From Candidatus Rokuibacteriota bacterium (GTDB taxonomy: Bacteria > Methylomirabilota > Methylomirabilia > Rokubacteriales > CSP1-6): 64,000 bases of DNA. The stretch is from assembly GCA_003220225.1 (NCBI GenBank), contig QHRU01000049.1, forward strand, positions 21,430-85,429. The letters run 5' to 3'. The notes beneath the pieces were generated by a model. The model was given only the letters and a program-made list of their open reading frames with translations. It made no database searches and was not told where the DNA came from. The translations under genes and the position numbers were made by a program. Of this stretch, positions 40,896 through 49,834 are shown piece after piece; position 1 is the first letter of the stretch; the number at the start of each line of letters is the position of its first letter.

Positions 40896-41801
40896 ATGGA
40901 ACGGCGACACTTCATGCAGTGCCTGGCCTGGGCCGGGACCGGACTGGTGTGGGCCGCGCGCGGCGGCGTGCTGTCCGCGACGGTGCTCGGCGAGGCGTCG
41001 GCCGCCGGCGCCGACTTCACGTTCGGACAGATCAGCGACACGCACGTCGGCTTCGGCGGCGAGGCCAACAAGGACGCGATGGGCACGCTGCGCGACTCCA
41101 TCGCGGGCCTCAACGCGCTCGAGCCGCGTCCGGCGTTCGTGCTGCACACGGGCGACCTGTCCCACGGACAGAAGCCCGGCGCCTTCGACACGCTCGCGGA
41201 GTCGCTGAAGGCCGTGAGGACGGAGAAGATCGTCTACATCCCCGGCGAGCACGACGTGGCCATCGATGGCGGCAAGGAATTCCTGAGCCGCTACGGCGCC
41301 GGCACCTACGAGAACCGCGGCTACCGATCGTTCGACTACCGCGGCGTCCACTTCGTCGGTCTCGTGAACGTGCTGGCGTACAAGCCGGGTGTGGGCGGCG
41401 CCCTCGGTGACGAGCAGCTCGACTGGCTGCGGAAGGATCTCGAGCCGCTCACGGCGAGCACCCCCCTCGTCGTCTTCTCCCACGTGCCGCTCTGGGCCGT
41501 GTATCCGGCATGGGGCTGGACCACGGCCGACGGCGAGCAGGTGATCGGCATGCTGCGCCGCTTCGGCTCGGTCACGGCTCTCAACGGTCACATCCACCAG
41601 GTGCTCCAGAAGGTCGAGGGGAACATCACCTTCCACTCGGCGCGGTCGACGGCCTTCCCGCAGCCCGCGCCCGGTGCGGCGCCGACGCCGGGGCCGATGA
41701 AGGTGGAGGCCGGACAGCTGCGCCGCCTGCTCGGCGTGCGCGAGGTCCATTACGTGGAGGGCACGGCGCCGCTGGCCGTCGTCGAGCGCCCGCTCGCGTA
41801 G
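40896..41801 (+). CDS. metallophosphoesterase (calcineurin-like phosphatase), TAT-secreted
   Basis: AGGAGG RBS. Twin-arginine motif MERRHFMQCLAWAG. Motifs GDxHVG, GDLSHG and GEHD. Confidence 0.75.
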   Translation: MERRHFMQCLAWAGTGLVWAARGGVLSATVLGEASAAGADFTFGQISDTHVGFGGEANKDAMGTLRDSIAGLNALEPRPAFVLHTGDLSHGQKPGAFDTLAESLKAVRTEKIVYIPGEHDVAIDGGKEFLSRYGAGTYENRGYRSFDYRGVHFVGLVNVLAYKPGVGGALGDEQLDWLRKDLEPLTASTPLVVFSHVPLWAVYPAWGWTTADGEQVIGMLRRFGSVTALNGHIHQVLQKVEGNITFHSARSTAFPQPAPGAAPTPGPMKVEAGQLRRLLGVREVHYVEGTAPLAVVERPLA

Positions 41802-41821
41802 CCGCTATACTCGCGGCGCCG

Positions 41822-42718
41822 ATGATCGTCGTCGCCGCGAATCCTTACAGCGGGGCCTCCGACAATCGCCGCCGCGTCGAGGCGCTGGCGCGCGAGCTCG
41901 CCGCGCTCGGTGAGCACCCGTGCGTCGTGTGGGGCGCGCGCGAGCGCGCGGCGATGCTGGGCGACCGCGCGGCGATGACCGGCTGCCGCGCCGTCGTCGC
42001 CGCCGGCGGCGACGGCACCGTCGCGCAGGTGATCAACGAGCTGCCGCCCGGCACGCCACTCGCCGCGTTCCCCGCCGGCAACGAGAACCTCTTCGCATCC
42101 GCCTACGGCTTCGCCGACGATCCCGCCGCGCTGGCGCGGGCCCTGGCGGCCGGACGCACGCGCACGCTCGACCTCGGCCGCGCGTCGGGGCCGGGGCGGA
42201 GCCGCCTCTTCGCGCTGATGCTCAGCGCCGGGCTGGACGCGGAGGTCGTGCGCCGCCTCATGGCGTGGCGGACGACCGGGTCGACGCTCCGCCGCGTGCG
42301 GCGCGCCTCGTACGTCGCGCCGCTCGCCGCCTCGCTCTTCACGTATCGCCATCCGCCCGTGCGAGTGGTCGCGGGCGAGGCCGCGGCGAGCGGCGCCTAC
42401 TGCGTCGTCGCCAACGCGCCCGCGTACGCGCTCGACCTGCCGCTGGCGCCCGGCGCCCGCGCCGACGACGGCGCGCTCGACTGGGTGGTCTTCGAGCGCG
42501 GCGGTCTCGCGGCGCTCGCGAGCTACTCGTGGGCGGTGTGGCGCGGCCGCCATCTGGCGCGCGACGACGTGCGCATGGGCCGCGCGACGCGGCTCACCCT
42601 CGACGCGGCGGCGCCGGTCCCGGTGCAGGCGGACGGCGATCCGCTGGGGACGACGCCGGTGGAGGTGGACGTGGTGCCGGGCGCGCTGACGCTGATCACG
42701 TCGGGTCGTGGCGGCTGA
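41822..42718 (+). CDS. diacylglycerol kinase catalytic domain (DAGK_cat / YegS-like lipid kinase) protein
   Basis: ATP-binding AAGGDGTV motif. 298 aa. Confidence 0.72.
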   Translation: MIVVAANPYSGASDNRRRVEALARELAALGEHPCVVWGARERAAMLGDRAAMTGCRAVVAAGGDGTVAQVINELPPGTPLAAFPAGNENLFASAYGFADDPAALARALAAGRTRTLDLGRASGPGRSRLFALMLSAGLDAEVVRRLMAWRTTGSTLRRVRRASYVAPLAASLFTYRHPPVRVVAGEAAASGAYCVVANAPAYALDLPLAPGARADDGALDWVVFERGGLAALASYSWAVWRGRHLARDDVRMGRATRLTLDAAAPVPVQADGDPLGTTPVEVDVVPGALTLITSGRGG

Positions 42719-42784
42719 GGGGCGTCACGCTACCCTCAGCCGCTCGGTGCGCCTAGGCACCTGTCGCGAAATCGAGGAGCGCCA

Positions 42785-42872
42785 CCGAGCAGAGGAGCGC
42801 CCGGGTTCACCCCGGGCGCTCCGAACGTTTGGGGGGTATGGGGGGCCCTTCGAGGCCCCCCATCTCCATCAG
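42785..42872. repeat. GC-rich REP/MITE-like intergenic repeat, copy B (GCGCCCGGG-TTCAC-CCCGGGCGC palindrome plus GGGGGGCC-CTTCGA-GGCCCCCC hairpin at 42840-42861)
   Basis: Near-identical to the 3' half of copy A. Confidence 0.8.
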
Positions 42873-43012
42873 ACGCGCGTTCGCACCCAGCCGTACCGCT
42901 CGTTGCTCGGATCGCCTCCGGCGGCCAGGTACACGCTCCGGCGCCTCGAGAGTGGTCGGATCACCTCCTCGATGCGGCGATGGGGTACGTGTTGCGGACT
43001 TGGGCGGACGGA

Positions 43013-43171
43013 CTAGCGCTTGGACGTCTGCTTGAAGTGCGCGGCGAGCGCGTCCATCACGCGGGCCAGCGCTTCGCTCTCGGTGCGGCCGGTCGCGGTG
43101 ACCTTGTACTCGATGGCCTCGGCCACCCACTCGCCGCCGTCGTTCTTGTAGACCTCCACCTCGAACTGCAT
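43013..43171 (-). CDS. HicB-like (UPF0150) antitoxin-fold small protein, orphan
   Basis: Start moved to MQFEVEVYKNDGGEWVAEAIEY... (HicB_lk_antitox-type). No HicA partner adjacent. Confidence 0.45.
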   Translation of the reverse strand: MQFEVEVYKNDGGEWVAEAIEYKVTATGRTESEALARVMDALAAHFKQTSKR

Positions 43172-43226
43172 CGGCGGCAGTCTATAGCACGGTGTATCAT
43201 CGGGCAACTTTCGACGGGAGGATGCC

Positions 43227-44207
43227 ATGTCGGTCTTCGTCACGCGCGACGAGACGCTGCCGCCGGCCTACTCGCAGGCGCTCGAGTCGCACGCGCTCCC
43301 ACCGCTGTGGACCGCGCTGCACGTCCTGCTGCCGAAGGAGCGCGTCACCGCCGCCGTGCCGCACCGCTGGTCGTGGCGGGAGGCGCGGCCGCTGCTGCAC
43401 GAGGCGGCGCGCCTGGTGCCGATCGAGCAGGCCGAGCGCCGCGTGCTCGTGCTCGAGAACCCCGGTTTGAAGGGCATGTACCGGATCACCTCGACGCTCT
43501 TCGCGGGGCTCCAGGTGATCCTGCCCGGCGAGACGGCGCCGAGCCACCACCACACGCCCGCCGCGCTGCGCCTCATCGTGGAGGGCGAAGGCGCGTTCAC
43601 CACGGTGGACGGCATCAAGTGCACGATGGAGCGCGGCGACTTCATCATCACGCCGCCGATGCGCTGGCACGATCACGGCCACGAGGGCGCCACGCCTGTT
43701 GTCTGGCTGGACGGCCTGGACATCCCGCTCGTGCGCGCGTTCGACGCGTCGTGGGTGTCGCCGCTGCGTCCGGCGCGCGTGCCGGAGCCGGCGAGCGACG
43801 CGGCGCAGGCGGAGTTCCGCTGGCCCTGGCGCGCGACACGGGGCGCGCTGGAGGGGCTGGCGGCGAGCACGCCGAAAGACCGGCCGGTCACGCGCGCCTA
43901 CGTGACGCTCACGGGCGCGCCGCCGGTGGCGACCATGGGCGCCGACGCGCACTGGCTGCGGCCAGGGGAGCGAGCGCGAGCGGGCCGCTCGACGGCGGGC
44001 CGCGTCTTCCACGTGATCGAGGGCCGCGGCCGTAGCCGTATCGGCGAGACCGAGCTCGCGTGGGAGCCGGGCGATACGTTCGTGGCCCCGCCGTGGCACT
44101 GGATCCAGCACGACAACGGCAGCGCCGGCGAGCCGGCGTGCCTGTTCTCGTTCAACGACGAGCCCGCGATCCGCGCGCTGGGCCTCTGGCAGGAGGAGCG
44201 CCCCTGA
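43227..44207 (+). CDS. gentisate 1,2-dioxygenase-like bicupin
   Basis: Two cupin modules. Metal ligands HHH in SHHHTPAALRL, and PPMRWHDHGHEG. Confidence 0.75.
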   Translation: MSVFVTRDETLPPAYSQALESHALPPLWTALHVLLPKERVTAAVPHRWSWREARPLLHEAARLVPIEQAERRVLVLENPGLKGMYRITSTLFAGLQVILPGETAPSHHHTPAALRLIVEGEGAFTTVDGIKCTMERGDFIITPPMRWHDHGHEGATPVVWLDGLDIPLVRAFDASWVSPLRPARVPEPASDAAQAEFRWPWRATRGALEGLAASTPKDRPVTRAYVTLTGAPPVATMGADAHWLRPGERARAGRSTAGRVFHVIEGRGRSRIGETELAWEPGDTFVAPPWHWIQHDNGSAGEPACLFSFNDEPAIRALGLWQEERP

Positions 44208-44218
44208 CCGCGCGAACA

Positions 44219-44581
44219 TTGCTGGGATCGTCGCTGACCATTATGATCGTCGCCGCCGGTGCTCCGGCCACAGCGATGCAGGCGAGCGTCGATCCCCGGG
44301 TCGAGGCCGAGGTCGCCCAGGGCCGCAGCCGGGTCCTCGTGGAGCTGCGCATTCCCGACGGTGTGCGGCCGGACGGGGAGCGGCGCCGGGCCATCGCACG
44401 CGCCCAGGACGACGTCCTGTCTCGTCTGCGGCGTACCGATTTCAGGCTCGTCCGCCGGTTCGAGAGCACGGCGTTCCTGGGGCTCGAGATCGGCCCATCC
44501 GCGCTCGCGGCGCTGCGAGCGATGGGGGACGTCGTCGCCAGCATCGTCCCGGATTCCGTGCTCCGGCCCTCCGACCGCTAG
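44219..44581 (+). CDS. hypothetical secreted protein with peptidase-inhibitor I9 (subtilisin propeptide)-like fold
   Basis: Pattern RVLVELRIPDG...FRLVRRFESTAFLGLEIGPSALAALRAMGDVVASIVPD resembles I9 propeptides. The start (TTG at 44219 or ATG at 44242) is uncertain. Confidence 0.35.
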   Translation: MLGSSLTIMIVAAGAPATAMQASVDPRVEAEVAQGRSRVLVELRIPDGVRPDGERRRAIARAQDDVLSRLRRTDFRLVRRFESTAFLGLEIGPSALAALRAMGDVVASIVPDSVLRPSDR

Positions 44582-44596
44582 GAGCCCCCCAATCTT

Positions 44597-45040
44597 CTAG
44601 GCGGGTGGGCCGGCCGCGCGCCAGGCGAGCACCCGGTCGGCGTACAGCCGCAGCACGACGCCCTCGCGCTCCAGGGCCATCGTGCGGTACTGCGCGTACT
44701 TCGCGCGCAGCAGCTCGAGCGCGCGCGTGAAGTCGGCGCCCGCGTTCAGCACGTCGGCGTGGCCCTCGACGCTCACCCACGCCAGGCGCGTCCAGTCCTC
44801 GTCCCACACGTCGACGAGGAGCGAGGCGTGGGGGTTCTCGCGCACGTTGCGCAGCCGGCGCAGGTCGCGCGTGCGCTTGGGCTTGTCGTCCACGGCGGAG
44901 TAGAGCGCGGCGCCGTCGAAGGCGAAGCACACGGGGACGAGCAGAGGACGGCCGGCGGCGTCGGCGGTCGCCAGCCGGCCGACGCGGGCCTCGCGGAGCA
45001 TCGCGAGGGCCCACGCCGGCGCGGAGGCGGGCGGGCTCAC
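44597..45040 (-). CDS. PPOX class (pyridoxamine 5'-phosphate oxidase-like) F420-dependent enzyme family protein
   Basis: Split-barrel motif AMLREARVGRLATADAAGRPLLVPVCF. GTG start overlaps the upstream LLM stop. Confidence 0.65.
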   Translation of the reverse strand: MSPPASAPAWALAMLREARVGRLATADAAGRPLLVPVCFAFDGAALYSAVDDKPKRTRDLRRLRNVRENPHASLLVDVWDEDWTRLAWVSVEGHADVLNAGADFTRALELLRAKYAQYRTMALEREGVVLRLYADRVLAWRAAGPPA

Positions 45041-45876
45041 TACCTGATCAGCTTCGCGTACTGATCGAGCAGCGGCAGGACCTTGTCGCGCGGCTCGGGG
45101 GGCAACAGCAAGATCGATCGCGTGACGCCGGCGGAGGCGAACTGGTCGAGCACGGCCTTGTCCGGCGGGGTGGCGAAGGCGGAGACCGAGATCGTCTTCA
45201 TGTCGCGCCCGGCCTTGGCCGCGCGCGCCTTGAGGTCCTTCAACCCCTCCAGCACCTTCTCGGGAGCGCGGCCGCGCGGGTACCAGCCGTCGCAGAAGTC
45301 CACCACGCGCTGCAGCGTGTAGCCGCTCTCGCCGCCGAGCAGGATCGGCGGGTACGGCTTCTGCGCGGGCTTGGGCCAGGCCCAGATCGGGTCGAAGTTC
45401 ACGAACTGGCCGTGGAACTCGGCGACGTCCCTCGTCCAGATCTCCTTCAGCGCGCGCACCTGCTCCTCGAGCCGCTTGAAGCGGGACTTGAACTCGGTGC
45501 CGTGATGCTCCATCTCCTCGGCGTTCCAGCCGCCGCCCAGCCCGAACTCGAAGCGCCCGTGCGAGAGCAGGTCGAGGCTCGCGACGGACTTGGCCGTCGT
45601 GATCGTGTCGCGCTCGATGATCAAGCAGATCCCCGTGCCGACGCGCAGCGTCTTCGTCGCCGCCGCGGCCGCCGTCAGCGCGACGAAGGGATCGAGGGTG
45701 TGCTTGTACTGCTCCGGCAGCTGCTGGCCGCCCGCGAACGGGCTGCGCCGGCTGGTCGGGATGTGCGTGTGCTCGGGCACCCACAGCGACTCGAAGTTGC
45801 GCGCCTCGGTCTCGCGCGCCAGCTCGTCGATGCGGATCGCGTACTCGGTGGCGAAGATGCAGACGCCGATGTGCAT
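45040..45876 (-). CDS. LLM class F420-dependent oxidoreductase
   Basis: LLM TIM-barrel motifs. 278 aa. Confidence 0.8.
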   Translation of the reverse strand: MHIGVCIFATEYAIRIDELARETEARNFESLWVPEHTHIPTSRRSPFAGGQQLPEQYKHTLDPFVALTAAAAATKTLRVGTGICLIIERDTITTAKSVASLDLLSHGRFEFGLGGGWNAEEMEHHGTEFKSRFKRLEEQVRALKEIWTRDVAEFHGQFVNFDPIWAWPKPAQKPYPPILLGGESGYTLQRVVDFCDGWYPRGRAPEKVLEGLKDLKARAAKAGRDMKTISVSAFATPPDKAVLDQFASAGVTRSILLLPPEPRDKVLPLLDQYAKLIR

Positions 45877-45892
45877 GCGGGATCCTCCTGGT

Positions 45893-46312
45893 TCAGCGGG
45901 TCGGGGTGGCGCCCGGCGCGGGTGGGCTGGGCACGAGGGAAAAGTGCGTGTGCGTGGCGAGCCAGCGGCCGCCGCGGCGCTCGAAGGCGAGGGTGCACCG
46001 CCCGGGGCGCGGGAACGTGCCGCCGTCGGCGAGGGTGCCGCGCGAGTCCCAGGTGGCGGCGATCCAGCCGCGATCGCCCGCGATCGCGCCGCGCGCGTTG
46101 TCGACGTCGATCGTGAAGTCGCGGATGACCGGCCACACGCGGTGCCACTGCTCCTTCTCGATCACGTCGAGGCCCTGGACGAAGGGCACGACGGTGCCGA
46201 AGGCGACGATGTCTGGCGCGCACAGCCGGCGTCCGGCTGCGAAATCGACGGCGCGCACGCAGGTCTGCCAGGCGCGCAGCCAGTCGCGGAGGGGCGCGAG
46301 GTCGTCGGCCAT
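45893..46312 (-). CDS. SnoaL-like / NTF2-like domain protein
   Basis: 139 aa with NTF2-like cone fold signature. Confidence 0.55.
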   Translation of the reverse strand: MADDLAPLRDWLRAWQTCVRAVDFAAGRRLCAPDIVAFGTVVPFVQGLDVIEKEQWHRVWPVIRDFTIDVDNARGAIAGDRGWIAATWDSRGTLADGGTFPRPGRCTLAFERRGGRWLATHTHFSLVPSPPAPGATPTR

Positions 46313-47250
46313 CAGGACGGGAAGATCGCGTCGGGCATGAAGGCGGAGACGATCCAGTTCGGCGCGTCCACGATCTCGCTGATCTTGAGGTCGGCCGCCA
46401 CCGAGCAGATGACGTAGGCCTCCTCACGCGAGAAGCCGCGCGTCTCCACCAGGTGGTCGATCATGTAGCGCACCGCCTGCTGCGCGGCCGCGAAGAGATC
46501 GGGCCCGTGCGCGGTCGTCGCGTAGTGCGGGCCGTGGTTGGTCGCGTGCGATGGCGGCGCCGGCGTGACGAGCTGCGGCTCGGGCAACCGCCGGCCGCGG
46601 CGCAGGCCGAACCTCAGCGTCACGCGCCCCATCATCTCGACGGCGGTGACACACACCTCGCCGTCGCCCTGCGCGGCGTGGGCGTCGCCGACGCTGAACA
46701 GCGCGCCCTCGACGAGCACGGGCAGGAAGAGCGTCGCGCCGGCGACGAGCTGCTTGATGTCCATGTTGCCGCCCGCGCGCCGCGGCGGCATCGTGCTGTG
46801 GCCGCCCGGCTCGTCGAGCGCCACGCCCATGACGCCGGGGAACGGCGCCAGCGGCACCGCCACGCGGTGGTCCATGCGCGCGTGCCGTCCATCGGAGATG
46901 TCCCAGATCTGGAGGAACGGCTTGGCGAAGTCGGTCTCGGGCAGCAGCCCTCGCCCGGGGCGGATGGCTGTCCAGCCGAAGTCCGCGCCCGGCTGCACAT
47001 CGAGGATCTCGATCACGAGCGTGTCGCCCGGCCGCGCGCCGCGGATCTTCACGGGGCCGGTGAGCGGGTGACCACGGAACGGGCCGCGGCGCAGGACGTC
47101 GTCGTGCGTCGAGCCCTTCGAGTAGAAACGGTTGGCGGCGTCCCGCGTCTCGAAGACCACGGTGTCGCCGGGATCGACCTCGAGCCGTGGCGGCAGCGCG
47201 TTGTTCCACTCCTGGTGGATCTCCTCGTGGCCGAGCTGGTGGGTCTTCAC
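46312..47250 (-). CDS. acetamidase/formamidase (FmdA_AmdA family)
   Basis: Start set to a GTG (VKTHQLGHEE...). FmdA/AmdA core motifs. Confidence 0.78.
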   Translation of the reverse strand: MKTHQLGHEEIHQEWNNALPPRLEVDPGDTVVFETRDAANRFYSKGSTHDDVLRRGPFRGHPLTGPVKIRGARPGDTLVIEILDVQPGADFGWTAIRPGRGLLPETDFAKPFLQIWDISDGRHARMDHRVAVPLAPFPGVMGVALDEPGGHSTMPPRRAGGNMDIKQLVAGATLFLPVLVEGALFSVGDAHAAQGDGEVCVTAVEMMGRVTLRFGLRRGRRLPEPQLVTPAPPSHATNHGPHYATTAHGPDLFAAAQQAVRYMIDHLVETRGFSREEAYVICSVAADLKISEIVDAPNWIVSAFMPDAIFPS

Positions 47251-48092
47251 GCGGCGAGCTCGGTCCACGCCACCATGCCCGTGCCCGAGCGCCAGGCGAC
47301 GGCCGGCATGTAAGCGAGCACGTCGGCGGGACCGCGCGTGAACGCGAGCGCCACGATCCAGGCGAGCAGCTCCGCGGTGCCGCCGGATCCGGCGGCCTCC
47401 AGCCGCTCGAGCGTGCACTCGCGCAGCAGCCGCTCGTGGTCACCGAGCTTGAGGAGATCGAGGAACCAGCGGTCGAAGTCCTCGTCCACCCAGAAATAGC
47501 GCGGCCCGCCGGGCTCGTGCGAGAGCCCGCCGGTGGCCACCACGGCCACGCGCAGCGGAGCCGGATAGGCGCGGATGACCTCGCGCAGCACGATGCCGAC
47601 CCAGTAGGCGCGCTCGGGGCGCGGGATCGGCGGCACCGTGCAGTTCATGGTGACGGGCACCAGACGGAAGCGCGCGTCGGGGTTCAGGTAGTGCGTCGGC
47701 ACCGAGATGCCGTCGTCGAACTGCATCTCGCCGCCCAGGTGGGCGAGCGCCAGCCCGCGCCGCGCGCCCTCGTTGACGAGGAAGCGCGCGAGCCCCGGCT
47801 CGCCGGGCACGCGGTACTTCTCCATCCCGAGCCACTCGTCGAACCAGTCGGCGGGCCCCACGTGCGCCTCGGCGATGCCGACCGTGTACTCGGGCGTGTT
47901 GTTCATCGGCCAGTTGAGCAGGTGGTCGTTGCTGAACATCACGAGCACGTCGGGTCGCGCAGCCTCGAGTCGGCGCCGCATCTCCGCGGTGGCGCCCAGC
48001 GCGAGCTGCTGGTACTCCTCCGACGCGCGGTCGAACCAGCCGGTGAGGCCGGGCGAGTGCGTCATGGCCATGGCGGCGACGATCTGGGCCAC
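47247..48092 (-). CDS. class III extradiol ring-cleavage dioxygenase, LigB-type catalytic subunit
   Basis: GTG start at VAQIVAAMAMTHSPG (LigB N-terminal His). Stop overlaps the formamidase start. Confidence 0.75.
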   Translation of the reverse strand: MAQIVAAMAMTHSPGLTGWFDRASEEYQQLALGATAEMRRRLEAARPDVLVMFSNDHLLNWPMNNTPEYTVGIAEAHVGPADWFDEWLGMEKYRVPGEPGLARFLVNEGARRGLALAHLGGEMQFDDGISVPTHYLNPDARFRLVPVTMNCTVPPIPRPERAYWVGIVLREVIRAYPAPLRVAVVATGGLSHEPGGPRYFWVDEDFDRWFLDLLKLGDHERLLRECTLERLEAAGSGGTAELLAWIVALAFTRGPADVLAYMPAVAWRSGTGMVAWTELAA

Positions 48093-48094
48093 CG

Positions 48095-48463
48095 TCAGCT
48101 CCGCTCGCGCCGTGCCGGGGAGACCGTCGTCTCGAGCCGCGCTTGCAGCGCCAGCGCCTTCGCCGTCTCTTCGGGGAAGGCGCGCGTGTAGCACTCGAGG
48201 GCGGCGCTGGCGTTGCTGTTCTGCGCCGCGCCGAAGAAGAGGCGCAGGATCTGCGGCACGTAGTACTGGTGGACGCCGAGGTCCATCAGGCGCCTGGGGT
48301 CCTTCGCCTGCACCGCGTCGATCTCCGCGCGGCTCAGCCCGAACTCGCCCGCGAGGGCCTCGAAATCGGTCAGCCAGCGCTCGCGCAGCCGCGCGTCGCG
48401 GCGCACGTGGAACATCATCTGGTTCAGCGGCAGCGTCTTGTCGCAGCGCTCGACGTTACCCAT
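48095..48463 (-). CDS. protocatechuate 4,5-dioxygenase alpha-subunit-like (LigA family)
   Basis: About 120 aa with LigA-like HQYYVPQILRLFFG motif. Sits immediately upstream of LigB. Confidence 0.68.
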   Translation of the reverse strand: MGNVERCDKTLPLNQMMFHVRRDARLRERWLTDFEALAGEFGLSRAEIDAVQAKDPRRLMDLGVHQYYVPQILRLFFGAAQNSNASAALECYTRAFPEETAKALALQARLETTVSPARRERS

Positions 48464-48874
48464 TTATCGTGCGAGGGGGGCTACGCCCCCCTCGGACTCC
48501 CCCGGGCTGGCCTTCAGCACCTTCGGGTTCACCTTGAGGAACATGATCACGCAGCGCTCGGCGCCGAGGTTGCGCACGTCGTGCGGCACGTTCTTCGGGA
48601 ACTTCACGATCGCGCCCGCCGGCACCACGACCTCGCGGCCGTCGATGGACATGTTCGCCGCGCCCTGCAGCACGAAGATCGCCTCCTCTTCCTTCGGATG
48701 GCTGTGCATCACGGTGGACTGACCGGGCTCGTAGCAGGCGATCTCCGACCAGAGCTGATCGGTCTTGAAGAGCATCTTCCGCACGCGCTTGTCGGGAGCG
48801 AACGCTTTCAGCGTGTGCAGGTCGAACACCTGCGCGACGCCCGTGGTGGCGGCGACGGCGACTTGCTCGTCCAT
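48464..48874 (-). CDS. cupin domain protein
   Basis: Single cupin with His ligands HSHPKEEE...H. Confidence 0.62.
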   Translation of the reverse strand: MDEQVAVAATTGVAQVFDLHTLKAFAPDKRVRKMLFKTDQLWSEIACYEPGQSTVMHSHPKEEEAIFVLQGAANMSIDGREVVVPAGAIVKFPKNVPHDVRNLGAERCVIMFLKVNPKVLKASPGESEGGVAPLAR

Positions 48875-48961
48875 GGGGCCTCCTGCGGCTGCCTAGTGTA
48901 CCGCGGGCCGTCGAATCCAAGAGCCGCGGCGCGGCATCTCTACGGATGGGAGGCGAAGACC

Positions 48962-49273
48962 ATGATGCAGGCATTGATCGCTCCCGTGGTGCTGGCGACG
49001 TTGGTGGGGCTGTGGCTCGCGTGGCTCAAGCGGCGCGAGCGTGCGGAAGATCGCGCGCTGACAGTACGGGCGGAGATCCAGAGCGCGGTCAATCGCGCGC
49101 TGGAGGGCGAGTCGCTGCTGGCCGTGCAGGTGGAGCCGCCGTCAAGCTTCCATTGCGGGCGCGTCGTGCTCTCCACGCCGACGGGCTACGAGTGGCTCGT
49201 GCACGAGGCGTGGAATCCGGTGATCGAGCACGCCCCGAAGGACTACGAGGTCGTGCTGCGCCACGCCGCCTGA
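48962..49273 (+). CDS. hypothetical membrane-anchored protein
   Basis: RBS GGGAGG. N-terminal TM helix. GC3 bias. Confidence 0.4.
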   Translation: MMQALIAPVVLATLVGLWLAWLKRRERAEDRALTVRAEIQSAVNRALEGESLLAVQVEPPSSFHCGRVVLSTPTGYEWLVHEAWNPVIEHAPKDYEVVLRHAA

Positions 49274-49431
49274 GCTGGTCTGATCTGGCTGGTCTGTTCC
49301 TGATCACGGGCGTGGTCAGAAACAGGCCGCTGACGATGTTCTAACCACCCTTCAGGTAGACCAAAAGTCGTATTTCCGAGTACTTACAAGCCTGGTAACT
49401 CGTGGTACCAGGATTGCGTTTGCACTGCCGC

Positions 49432-49767
49432 ATGGTCGACGTGATCGTGCAAATCACGGGGCTGGTGGTGCTGACCGTCGCGGTGCTGAATCTGGCGCAA
49501 GGGGCGCTGGTGGCGGCGCGGTTGGTGGCGCACGTCACGCGACGTTACCCGCACCTCCGGCTTGATCTGTGGTTCCCGCGCTGGGAAGAGGTACGCGACG
49601 CGCACGTGTGGCTCGCGACCTGGCGAGGAATCCTGCGTTCTGGTGATCCGACAATGGCGGCCATCCGTACGGACGGCCGTATCGTCATAGCCCGCCACGT
49701 TCAGCTCATGCTCTCGTCACAGGCATGGGTGATGGTGGTGGCCACGATGGTGCCGCGGCTCTCGTAG
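49432..49767 (+). CDS. hypothetical protein
   Basis: ORF downstream of the low-GC region. Weak support only. Confidence 0.28.
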   Translation: MVDVIVQITGLVVLTVAVLNLAQGALVAARLVAHVTRRYPHLRLDLWFPRWEEVRDAHVWLATWRGILRSGDPTMAAIRTDGRIVIARHVQLMLSSQAWVMVVATMVPRLS

Positions 49768-49834
49768 CTTCGGTGCCAGCCCGGAGGCGGCCGGCGGTGG
49801 CGCGACCACGACCGTCTCCGGGCTCAATTCTTCC

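Noticed and set aside
49274-49431. tRNA or small RNA in the low-GC intergenic region
   Set aside because: No cloverleaf-compatible arms and no conserved T-loop (GTTCRANYC) were seen. Only the inverted repeat is reported.
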